Source: a virus
IMG/VR virus record: IMGVR_UViG_3300026488_000020
Coordinates: 1-64,000 of that record
Direction: 5' to 3' (one strand)
Length of the DNA stretch: 64,000 nucleotides
Part shown: one piece after another, positions 1-8,880 of the stretch
Layout of the letters: each line of letters starts with the position of its first letter
Numbering within the stretch: the stretch's first letter is position 1
Program-made: the position numbers and the translations under genes
The notes under the pieces: generated by a model
What the model saw: only the letters and a program-made list of their open reading frames with translations
Told to the model about the DNA's origin: nothing
Databases searched by the model: none

Positions 1-110
1 TCAACAGGTGTCTCAACTACTTCTTCAACAGTTTCAACAGGTGTCTCAACTACTTCTTCAACAGTTTCAACAGGTGTCTCAACTACTTCTTCAACAGCTT
101 CAACAGGTGT
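1..110. repeat. 33-bp coding tandem repeat (about 3.3 copies visible)
   Basis: tcaacaggtgtctcaactacttcttcaacagtt at 1, 34 and 67 (one mismatch), partial copy at 100. Confidence 0.9.
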
Positions 111-134
111 TTCTTCTTTTTTTCTTTTAGCCAT
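1..134 (-). CDS. Partial ORF (runs off the left edge), acidic protein with TVEEVVETPVE repeats
   Basis: ATG at 134 with upstream AGGA; translates MAKRKKEETPVEAVEEVVETPVETVEEVVETPVE...; not in the ORF track. Confidence 0.7.
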   Translation of the reverse strand, partial: MAKRKKEETPVEAVEEVVETPVETVEEVVETPVETVEEVVETPV

Positions 135-188
135 AATATAATTCCTATGTTTTATTTTAATATTTGTTATTGTTACCGAAAATATGTT

Positions 189-1352
189 TTAGAACATATT
201 TTCGATCTCATCCCTTAGATCAACATCTTGTTTATCTAGTCCAACACCAACATGTGATTTCTTTAGCGTAAGGTTTACAAGTGAGCCGGTTAATCCTGTA
301 CTAGCAATTAGTCCAATATTATCACCTGCTCGTAAATTCATTTTTGAAATGAATAATGGATTATAGCATCGATGACATATACCATCTTTTGCATGACAAT
401 ATAAAGGAGATCTAAGTTTAACAGTTTCACCAACAACATCTGATTTAGTTGTGAGTTGCATTTCTATTCCAACTTTAGTTCTATAATATCGACCTTCAAA
501 TGATTTTAACATATCTTTATCTCTAATTTTAATTTCAAGATACTTCTTTGTTCCACAATCTTCTAAATTAGATAATTTTATTCTTTCAGCAATTGCTGAT
601 AATTTTCGACCTAAATAACCAGGCTTAGCAGTTTCTGAACTCTTAGCATATAATGCTTGAATTGCTTGTGAACTACCATTAAAGAATTCTGTCTGAGTCA
701 TCCCCTCAACGTGTGAATTAGTAATAACATCATTAATTTCACCAAATGAATTAATAGATAATCCGACAGCAAGAAGAAGGGATTGAATATGTTCAACGCC
801 CCCTTTAGCTCCAGATTGATCACCTAGTAGATCAGCAACATAAATTTTATTTTCAATAAAATATGATTGTACTTCTTTAGCAATCTTTGTCATATCTTTT
901 TGTAGTTTTAATGCATCTTCCGGTGTTTGTTTAGATTTTTTATATACATCAACTGCTTCATTTTTTGCAGATACAAACTTCTTAGGAAGCGTTAACGCTT
1001 CAGGTTGAAATGAACTTGGAATAACTGATGATAATGTAAAACCTGCTTGCATCAATAGATAATAAAACCACATAAAATCAATACCATTATCAGTTACAGA
1101 ATCCGTTTTGTTTATCAATTCCGAGATTGTTTTTTTAGTTAATGTTTTAGTAATTTTAACTTTTGAATGTAAAATATTATCTTCGAGGTTATCTATAATA
1201 GAATCTCTTAGAAGAGATTCTGATAAATTTTTAGAAGTGTCTTGTTTGAGTCTTGTAAAGAATTTATCCAATCGCACATTTACCCATTCAGGTCTTTTAG
1301 TATGTTCAGGGTATACAAACTCCTGATTAAATGTTAAGTTGTCACCAATCAT
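189..1352 (-). CDS. Phage multisubunit RNAP-1 beta-prime middle fragment (region F, bridge helix, Zn site, trigger loop)
   Basis: SGAKG, NSHVEGMTQTEFF, ETAKPGYLGRKL (bridge helix), EDCGT, LRSPLYC...GICHRCY, NLTLKKSH (trigger-loop-like). Confidence 0.88.
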   Translation of the reverse strand: MIGDNLTFNQEFVYPEHTKRPEWVNVRLDKFFTRLKQDTSKNLSESLLRDSIIDNLEDNILHSKVKITKTLTKKTISELINKTDSVTDNGIDFMWFYYLLMQAGFTLSSVIPSSFQPEALTLPKKFVSAKNEAVDVYKKSKQTPEDALKLQKDMTKIAKEVQSYFIENKIYVADLLGDQSGAKGGVEHIQSLLLAVGLSINSFGEINDVITNSHVEGMTQTEFFNGSSQAIQALYAKSSETAKPGYLGRKLSAIAERIKLSNLEDCGTKKYLEIKIRDKDMLKSFEGRYYRTKVGIEMQLTTKSDVVGETVKLRSPLYCHAKDGICHRCYNPLFISKMNLRAGDNIGLIASTGLTGSLVNLTLKKSHVGVGLDKQDVDLRDEIENMF

Positions 1353-2932
1353 GTTAGTTCCTTTATATATGTTTTTATATATGTTTTATTTCCGGCATCA
1401 AATATTTTTCTAAAATTATTTTGAAACATATTTGATGTTTCTGTTTTAGTATCATCAAATTGTTTCAACAATTTCTTTAATTTATGCTTCTGATATTTAA
1501 CTCTTGATTCGAGATTCAGACCTTTAAAATAAAAATAATTTGGAGGTGTTGTGTGTGTGTATTCAAATCCCAAAACCTCATATAAATTACCATTACTCCA
1601 TCGTCTGTTCGCGTATGATATTATACTTTCTGGCTCATAATTTCTTTCAAAATATTTTAATAATTTTGATGCACCACCAATAACAGTTGTATTCAATTTT
1701 GAACAGAATCTTATTAATTCATATTGATACCTTTTATCATAACGTGATTTTCCAAAAGTCATTAATGAAACTAATTCATCATTATAATATAAACCTAACC
1801 GTATTGATGATTTTCCTGGACCTTGTAAATGATTTAACAATTCAAAGTTTGTTGAATCATTTACTTCCTTTATAACACACTTTCTTGCAAAAATTCTAAC
1901 AGTGTTCCCAATTTTAGAATTTATAACACTTTCCCATATTTTTCTTTTATATATCCACTCATTTTCAAATATTTGATATAATTGAAAATCTTTTTGTTCA
2001 ACCATGTCCAATTTAACAACATGTCTATTACGGTCTTCTACTGGACTATTAAACATAGAATATTTGCTTATTCCATAGCTATGAAACATAAGGCCATGAT
2101 ATTCAATTGCGAATTTATGTTTATACGATAATATATCCAACTCTTTTCCAATAAATATTTTATCACTTTGGATAGCATCTGGAATTAATGCGAGTATTTC
2201 CGTTTCTGCAAATGAAGTGCCTTTCCGCTTAGTAAAATCAATAGATAGTTCTTTAAATTTTTTATGGACCGCTGGTTGACAAACATTAAAATATTCCATC
2301 ATTGAACGTACCATTATATGATTATTGCTATCTAAAAAATTAGATTTAATAAAATCAACATTATACCAATTATCAAAAGATTTTATATGACTATGTTGAA
2401 ACGATTCTGTACCAAATTTTTCAAGATTTGTCTGCTTAACTTTATCCTTTATCATATGCGATTGAGATGCATATTCTGTACCAAATTTTTCAAGATTTGT
2501 CTGCTTAACTTTATCAGAACATAATATATTTGTGTGACCATATTTTTTTAGATTTGTTTCTTTTTTCTTTTTTATTGAGTCTTCTGATGCAAAATTATAT
2601 TCATGACCATATTTTTTTAGATTTGTTTCTTTTTGACTCTTTATAAATTCAATTGAGGTGTTTGAACATTTAGGTGAACAGTAAGTTCCAAAACCTTTTG
2701 ACGGAGAATTAAATTTAACAAAATTGTCACATAAAGGTTGCTTGCATTTGAGATCATCTTCTTTTATATTATTTTTAATAATGTATGCTCTAACTTTTAT
2801 ATCAATAGTTTTTAAATTGATTGATGGATAAAAAGATGTCTCTTCAATTATTTGATTTTTTAGATCATCGGATAATTTTGATGATAATCTTTGTGATTTT
2901 CCAACAAAAATTTTTGCCTTTAAATCTGACAT
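1349..2932 (-). CDS. Free-standing Hef-like homing endonuclease (KYG/KFG repeats, Vsr/PD-(D/E)XK-like nuclease, C-terminal GNAT-like domain)
   Basis: TNLKKYG/TNLEKFG repeats, ELDI...FAIEYHGLMFHS, RIFARKC, NHLQG, YELIRFCSK...GGASKLLKYF, ISYANRRWSNGNLY. Confidence 0.75.
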   Translation of the reverse strand: MSDLKAKIFVGKSQRLSSKLSDDLKNQIIEETSFYPSINLKTIDIKVRAYIIKNNIKEDDLKCKQPLCDNFVKFNSPSKGFGTYCSPKCSNTSIEFIKSQKETNLKKYGHEYNFASEDSIKKKKETNLKKYGHTNILCSDKVKQTNLEKFGTEYASQSHMIKDKVKQTNLEKFGTESFQHSHIKSFDNWYNVDFIKSNFLDSNNHIMVRSMMEYFNVCQPAVHKKFKELSIDFTKRKGTSFAETEILALIPDAIQSDKIFIGKELDILSYKHKFAIEYHGLMFHSYGISKYSMFNSPVEDRNRHVVKLDMVEQKDFQLYQIFENEWIYKRKIWESVINSKIGNTVRIFARKCVIKEVNDSTNFELLNHLQGPGKSSIRLGLYYNDELVSLMTFGKSRYDKRYQYELIRFCSKLNTTVIGGASKLLKYFERNYEPESIISYANRRWSNGNLYEVLGFEYTHTTPPNYFYFKGLNLESRVKYQKHKLKKLLKQFDDTKTETSNMFQNNFRKIFDAGNKTYIKTYIKELT

Positions 2933-2942
2933 GATTTGGTCC

Positions 2943-4193
2943 TTATTTATAAATGTTATCTAATGATCTTAAATAATATGATTCTATTGTCTTTGTTCTA
3001 ATTGAACCAATATTGTCTTCACATACAATTGAATCTTTTACATCTAAAGTTAAAGATGTTGTAAATGAATCACCACCCAAAGGTTTATACAATAATGAAT
3101 TAACAACAATATGATATGAATTTGTTGGTATTATAACAGGTGATAAAGCATGATATGAATTTTTATCCCACGCCGGATCTCTCTTTAATAATACTCTAAG
3201 GCTTGGATGATGCTCAAACATTTCCTTTAAAAGTTTTACCCATATTTCACGTTTACCTGGATTAGCATCAGTATATGCGTCAACATTTCTATAAATGTAA
3301 TCAAAGTGTGTTCCAAATTTTGATTGTGATAATCCTTCAACGTTTAACTGTTTAGCAAAATCTTCTGAGAAAATTGATTTACCAATCGATCCTACAACAA
3401 AAACATCAAAAACATTTAATAACACGTGCCACGGTAGACCAGCACAATTGAATGGTATATCTGGGCGTGCATTTGCAACTAATCGTACATTATTATCAAT
3501 ACGTTTAGATATAAGAGATGCTCTAAATGCACCTTCTTTCTTTTCTAATAACTTTAAAAAATAATCGTAAATTTCGATAACTGATTTTTGGATTTCAAGC
3601 TCTCTGTTCGATGTTTTTAAAACTGCCTGCATTAATGCATTCTCTTGCTGACCAATAGTAGTCAATCCTAAAAGATTCTTATATAACATTGTTAATTCAT
3701 CTTCAATTGTTATACCATGATTCTGAGTAAACATGCGAAACTTAGGTGGAACTACTAAATATTTACTGATAAATAATTCATCTCTTTTTGTATTTTGGAA
3801 ATGTCCAATTACTGCTTTATTTTTCTCAGTTTTATATTTATCAAAATCTATTTTGTTCCAATTATTAAACAACCATCCGATACCTGTACTACCATTATCT
3901 GATTCGATTAGTTCACCATTTACTAAGTTAACTTTTTTATCTGAGTATACAATTCTTTTAAAAAGTGGTGAAACTTTTTGTAACGCTTGTAAAATTGCTG
4001 GATGTAAAACATTTGTTTTTAAATTTATATAACCAAATGTTTTTGATATTTCTTCAGAAGATGTTCCGAAGATAGTGTTAGAATATAAACCATCATCAGT
4101 AGGAACATTGTCTCTATTAAAAGAATTCCGGTTTGTAACTTCTAATACTGATTCTGATTTAATAAATTTATTAATACTTAAAACTTTTAACAA
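2943..4193 (-). CDS. RNAP-1 beta-prime N-terminal fragment ending in the first half of the catalytic motif (..PLGGD), fused to a 41-aa split-intein N-fragment
   Basis: DDGLYSNTIFG, FGYINL, LVVPPKFR, ISKRIDNNVRLV, LLKRDPAW, YKPLGGD|SFT...; lacks the N-terminal Zn ribbon. Confidence 0.88.
   Translation of the reverse strand: MLKVLSINKFIKSESVLEVTNRNSFNRDNVPTDDGLYSNTIFGTSSEEISKTFGYINLKTNVLHPAILQALQKVSPLFKRIVYSDKKVNLVNGELIESDNGSTGIGWLFNNWNKIDFDKYKTEKNKAVIGHFQNTKRDELFISKYLVVPPKFRMFTQNHGITIEDELTMLYKNLLGLTTIGQQENALMQAVLKTSNRELEIQKSVIEIYDYFLKLLEKKEGAFRASLISKRIDNNVRLVANARPDIPFNCAGLPWHVLLNVFDVFVVGSIGKSIFSEDFAKQLNVEGLSQSKFGTHFDYIYRNVDAYTDANPGKREIWVKLLKEMFEHHPSLRVLLKRDPAWDKNSYHALSPVIIPTNSYHIVVNSLLYKPLGGDSFTTSLTLDVKDSIVCEDNIGSIRTKTIESYYLRSLDNIYK
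2946..3068 (-). other. Split intein N-fragment (IntN, 41 aa, Ser1)
   Basis: SFTTSLTLDVKDSIVCEDNIGSIRTKTIESYY... begins exactly after GGD, where xDGD is expected; resembles block A plus the N2 'I..IE.L' motif. Confidence 0.75.
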
Positions 4194-4256
4194 CTGGAAT
4201 CCTTTATTTTATATTTCTTATTTGTTGCTGGACTCAAAATTCCAGACCTTGTTATA

Positions 4257-7200
4257 CTACTGTACAACAGTACCTGGAGCTTGAGGTTTAAGAATACCTA
4301 GAGGATCAGCAGTATGTGGAGTTAACCCCATATCAACTTCATTTAACTTATTTGTCATTATTTGAACTTTTTCTTCTCTATCATCAGCTGATATATTATG
4401 AATAGTATTCTCGATATTTTCATCATTATATTCTGGAAATAGATTTCCAAGATTATTAGACATTTTAATAAGATTCTTAATCTTCTCTTTATCAATACGA
4501 ATTTTAACAGATGCTGAATCAGTTAAAATTTCTATACCATTATAATCTAAAGCATTTGTCTTAATAAATTGAAGAACTGATTTAAATGATTTAAATGGTA
4601 ATGATTTAATATATTTATTAATCAATGTTAAATCAATTTGACCTGTTGTATCAAATGAATGTTTAATATTATCTACCATTTCTAAATTTGCCTGTATTAC
4701 CATAGCATCTTCAGCGTTTTCATTCATCTGTAATCTAATATCTGTCCAATCGTCTTCAATGATTTTAATTACTAACTTCCCGAAAGGATGCATCATTAGG
4801 ATCTGCTTATTGAATTGATTATCTTTTAAGTTCATTTGTTCCCATTCGAGAATAGAATCAGTTTTACATAAAATTGCCCAAAACTCTTGACGCTCATCCT
4901 GCATCGCGGATATAAGATCATTAATGTTTTTATGTTCTGTATATTTAATTGAATCAGCTAATGATATATCACCTCTAAAATAAGTCATACGGCGATCATT
5001 ACTAGGGTGTGATAATGGAGTATCTCCATTTGTAAGCATTAACATATTGAAATGTCTTTCTACTTTAGCACTATCAACACCTTTCTTTTCAATTTGAATC
5101 CATTGATTTCCAGAGAGCATTTTTAAATTATCAACATCATGTGTCTTAGAAAAGTCTGACTCATCTAAAACGATAAGAGAACTAGATTCCATGAATGCAT
5201 TAAAGTTATTAGCTATTTTTTCAGAATTAACAATGTTAACATATTTATGATTTAAATAGTACTCTAAAAGTTGAGTTACAAAAACACCTTTACCTGTACC
5301 TTGAACAGTAGTGATTACTGGAATCACAGGCATTGTTTTAAATTGTCCCACACATATTAACCAGTTTACGAAATATTCGATAGAACCCTTTTGTGTAATT
5401 TGATTTAAATAGAACCAGATATTTGGTAAACGTTCTTCAATAATTTTGAGAGCTGATGTTAAATCCATCTGTTCAATTGATTCAGCAAGTTCATGAATTT
5501 TAAGATAATCTTGACCAGGAATCCATAAGTTAACATATTTAATAAAATCAATTTCATATGTATAAGGTTTCCCTGGACGAAATTCTTCAAAAGCATCAAT
5601 AAGAATGTGTTGTACAAATTTCTCGTGAAATACTGCGCGTAATTCCATATCAGCTGCGTGAACACCTAACTGATTCGCTAATATATGATCAGATAACATT
5701 CTAGTACCATCAAAGACTGATGATTTACCATCTTTAAATGATCTAATAATACATGCTCGCTGTTTATTAGCTAAACGATAATAAACAAAATCATCTTGAT
5801 TAATAGTATGAATGATTCCCATCACTTCACCTTCAACCTCTTCTTTATGAATGGTTTTACGATCAGCTGTTTTTAATTCAATTTGAAATTCTGCTTGAAG
5901 ATCAGCTAATATAACTTCGCGAGATACTAATGCTCCACCACGTTCGATATGAACTGCTGCCTCACCTTTTTCTTTCGCTAAATCAATTAACATTGAGATT
6001 AAGTTATATGTTTTACCATCTTCATGAAAATCTTTTACAATCGCTACTGCACCTAAAGGAAAATTTCCATTTTCATCCGGTTCAGCGTTTTGATATATAG
6101 CAAATGATCCATTATCATCTTCATGAAATGGGCATTTATACATTTTATATTTACGACTAGCATCTGGTAACAATTCCAATTCAGCTGCTTTAACCATATA
6201 TGATATTTGATCTTGAACCGGTATTTGTTTTAAAATATTTGAATCAGTAACATTTGAAATAAGTTGTTTATTTCCTTCAGATACTGCTGACTTCGCTTGA
6301 GCAATTGCTCTAGTATCTAATAATATTCTATCAATATTGATATTTGGAACATCTTGTGTGATTTTAAAATTATTTTTAAAAGTAATTGATTGAACAATTA
6401 ATGCTTTTTTAAGACTATCTATTTTAGAATCAGTTAATGTGCTATCCATTAATGTTGAACGAAATGATAATACTGCATCATCATACTTATCTTCATTGTA
6501 AAATTCTTTTATTTCTTCAGCAAAAGCTTTTTGATATTCTAGTTTCGGATTGATAGTACCAGCTAAACGTTGGGTGTGTGTAAAATCACCTGAAGATTTA
6601 TCATATTCAAACCAACATGAACTAACATTACCTGCATGGTCTGAACCATATACTACAAATTTTTCAGATGCTTTAATTAGTGCAAATTTGATATAATCAT
6701 ATACTTTACCAGCTTCAACTCTTTCAACTGCTCTATTAAATTTTAATACAAATTGTAATCCACCACCAGTTGCATAAGCTTTTTGTGTATGTACTTGAAT
6801 ATCTAAACCAGTATTATATAAAACATCATTAACTTTATTTAACACATGAGATGCTGCTACATGTCTAGAAGTCTCTTCATATGAATTAAAATTAAATCTC
6901 CCTTTTTTCTCTTTATCTATATGTGAATCTAAATCGATCACCATAGTATTTACACGGCGAAAAGAATGAGAACCTGGCGCCACTGGTTCACCTCTTTCAT
7001 CTTTTTCAATATATTTAAAGATTGCTGATGAAATTGAAAATCCTACGTCATTTTTCCATTCATTTTTCTTTACACTATTATATGTCTTTTCAATAACTTG
7101 AATGAGTTCTTCAACATTTCTAATCTGATCATATATAGTTCTTTGATTATCAATTTTATTACCATTTTTTTCATATGGTGCAACACAAGTCATACGAATC

Positions 7201-7367
7201 GTTTCATCTTCTGCTAAATCTTCTCCAATTACTGTATCCCAATAATCTCTAATATCATTAACTCTGATTCTTTTTTTCCAATTCACTGACCCATTTATTG
7301 CTGGTGCCTTTTGAAATTCATTTACAATCTGTTCTGCTGTTTTTGTTGTTTGGTTTATTGTTTGCAT
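4257..7367 (-). CDS. Primase-helicase: N-terminal AEP/RepB-like primase, CPFH Zn finger, C-terminal D5-like SF3 helicase
   Basis: VIDLDSH, ATGGGLQF, TQRLAGTIN, CPFHEDDNGSF, Walker A VQGTGKG, Walker B LIVLDES, IEKKGVD, MLTN, DRR. Confidence 0.8.
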   Translation of the reverse strand: MQTINQTTKTAEQIVNEFQKAPAINGSVNWKKRIRVNDIRDYWDTVIGEDLAEDETIRMTCVAPYEKNGNKIDNQRTIYDQIRNVEELIQVIEKTYNSVKKNEWKNDVGFSISSAIFKYIEKDERGEPVAPGSHSFRRVNTMVIDLDSHIDKEKKGRFNFNSYEETSRHVAASHVLNKVNDVLYNTGLDIQVHTQKAYATGGGLQFVLKFNRAVERVEAGKVYDYIKFALIKASEKFVVYGSDHAGNVSSCWFEYDKSSGDFTHTQRLAGTINPKLEYQKAFAEEIKEFYNEDKYDDAVLSFRSTLMDSTLTDSKIDSLKKALIVQSITFKNNFKITQDVPNINIDRILLDTRAIAQAKSAVSEGNKQLISNVTDSNILKQIPVQDQISYMVKAAELELLPDASRKYKMYKCPFHEDDNGSFAIYQNAEPDENGNFPLGAVAIVKDFHEDGKTYNLISMLIDLAKEKGEAAVHIERGGALVSREVILADLQAEFQIELKTADRKTIHKEEVEGEVMGIIHTINQDDFVYYRLANKQRACIIRSFKDGKSSVFDGTRMLSDHILANQLGVHAADMELRAVFHEKFVQHILIDAFEEFRPGKPYTYEIDFIKYVNLWIPGQDYLKIHELAESIEQMDLTSALKIIEERLPNIWFYLNQITQKGSIEYFVNWLICVGQFKTMPVIPVITTVQGTGKGVFVTQLLEYYLNHKYVNIVNSEKIANNFNAFMESSSLIVLDESDFSKTHDVDNLKMLSGNQWIQIEKKGVDSAKVERHFNMLMLTNGDTPLSHPSNDRRMTYFRGDISLADSIKYTEHKNINDLISAMQDERQEFWAILCKTDSILEWEQMNLKDNQFNKQILMMHPFGKLVIKIIEDDWTDIRLQMNENAEDAMVIQANLEMVDNIKHSFDTTGQIDLTLINKYIKSLPFKSFKSVLQFIKTNALDYNGIEILTDSASVKIRIDKEKIKNLIKMSNNLGNLFPEYNDENIENTIHNISADDREEKVQIMTNKLNEVDMGLTPHTADPLGILKPQAPGTVVQ

Positions 7368-7410
7368 TTTGTGCCTTTTGATATATTTATTTTATTTTAT
7401 TTTTGATATG

Positions 7411-8574
7411 TTAATTTAAATTAGATGTAGCGTTATATAATCCTAGGATTGCATCATCAGCAATCCATTGGTTAATTTCACCGTCATTTAAATTTCGATA
7501 GTAGTCTTTATGTTCTGGAGAAAATTGATTAGAATCTTCAATACCTTCTTTAGTAAAAATACCTGAAGCTCCTAAAATGTCCCCATCAGAGTTCTTCATA
7601 ATTGGTGTAAGAGGTAAAGAATAATTCGTAGCATCAACTCTTTCAGAAGTTAAATCGTACATCTTATTATTATTAGTTACCTGCTCTAAATAAAAAGATG
7701 AAAGCGGTATTGCTAAAATTTTTCCAGAATTTATCATTGCTGATAGAGCGCTACTTGAGCTATTTTTTTCATCATGATAACATTCTTTTGCTAAATATAA
7801 TTCATCATTTTCAACCTGATATGCGTCTTTTTTGATAAATTTTGATGGAAAATATTTGCTGAATACTTTAGATAATTGAATAAAAAGTTTTTTACGATTA
7901 TCTCTTGAATTTCTGATAGAGTATGATGCTCCAAGATAATTTAAAATTACAGTAAATGTGTAAATGTTAACATTAGTATTAATAAAAAATGCATTATCAT
8001 TATTTTTTAAATAATAACCTTTTAATATACCTAAACAGAAATCAGCATTTGAATTCATCAATATATTTTTATTCAATGAAATACCGTTTTTAGTATTAAT
8101 AAATAACCGGTAGAAACCATTAGCAGCGATATCTGGTATATCTTTAGTTAATAAATAATCAACAATATTATCAGTGCCTGCTAATGCATTACCAATTTGT
8201 AATCCGAAATCATAATTTAATTTTATATCATGTGTTTCACCATCTTGCACATATTCCATTACATCATTAGTTTTTAAATTTAAAGCTGGTATTGGATATA
8301 ATATGAATGCATCATTCTCAACCATTTTTGAGGTACAATCATCTACTCGTTTCATATGTTTATCTATACCTATAATACTGCTATCTTCACCAATAATAAA
8401 ATTAGTTTTTTTATTAAAATATCCTGGTGCTAGAACAGTATCTGTTCTATTAAAGTTATTTATACTCAACATTAAATATTTAGTTTGTACTTGATGTTCT
8501 TCAATTGTTAATGTTTCTTGTGTAATGACATCATTGCTGTCTGTCAGTCCTAAGACTGTTATTTTTTTATTCAT
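7411..8574 (-). CDS. Split intein C-fragment (328 aa, degenerate LAGLIDADG remnant) fused to a 59-aa RNAP-1 beta-prime C-extein starting SDGD
   Basis: Block F KMYDLTS, block G IMKN|S; the extein SDGDILGASGIF...DDAILGLYNAT matches beta-prime FDGDQMAVH...QDVVLGLYYMT. Confidence 0.85.
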   Translation of the reverse strand: MNKKITVLGLTDSNDVITQETLTIEEHQVQTKYLMLSINNFNRTDTVLAPGYFNKKTNFIIGEDSSIIGIDKHMKRVDDCTSKMVENDAFILYPIPALNLKTNDVMEYVQDGETHDIKLNYDFGLQIGNALAGTDNIVDYLLTKDIPDIAANGFYRLFINTKNGISLNKNILMNSNADFCLGILKGYYLKNNDNAFFINTNVNIYTFTVILNYLGASYSIRNSRDNRKKLFIQLSKVFSKYFPSKFIKKDAYQVENDELYLAKECYHDEKNSSSSALSAMINSGKILAIPLSSFYLEQVTNNNKMYDLTSERVDATNYSLPLTPIMKNSDGDILGASGIFTKEGIEDSNQFSPEHKDYYRNLNDGEINQWIADDAILGLYNATSNLN

Positions 8575-8621
8575 TCTTTTGCCTTTTTGGTTATTGATAA
8601 TTTGTTCTTTATTACAGTATA

Positions 8622-8635
8622 ATTTCTATACTAAC
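8622..8635 (-). promoter_or_regulatory. GTTAnnATAGAAAT putative phage promoter motif pointing at the 8574 gene
   Basis: Minus strand reads gttagtatagaaattatactgtaataaagaacaa, similar to 9646 gttaccatagaaattaatatagtaataaagaacaa. Confidence 0.55.
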
Positions 8636-8639
8636 TCAC

Positions 8640-8843
8640 TTCTATCTTTATCGATAAAGATAGAAAAATATTGCCAATTTTCTATCTTTAAAGATCGTTT
8701 TTGTTACCATAGAAATCAATTCAATTCATTTCTATGGTAACTATTTTTCTATCTTAAAAGATCGTTTAATATTTTTTAAGTAATTTTATTTACGTGTTAA
8801 CTATTTTATTTTTTTAAGATTTTCTATCTTTAAAGATCGTTTT
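8640..8843. repeat. Cluster of ATCTTT(ATCGAT)AAAGAT palindrome variants plus an inverted pair of GTTACCATAGAAAT
   Basis: Perfect 26-bp palindrome 8640-8665; variants at about 8678, 8745 and 8820; gttaccatagaaat 8703-8716 with its reverse complement at 8728-8741. Confidence 0.8.
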
Positions 8844-8880
8844 GAAGTTAATATAGAAATAGTAATTAAAAAGGGCATAT

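Noticed and set aside
2943-8574. Group I intron or frameshift as the explanation for the interrupted DxDGD motif
   Set aside because: The downstream half lies upstream in transcription order, and both junctions carry protein-level intein signatures (Ser1, terminal Asn, +1 Ser)
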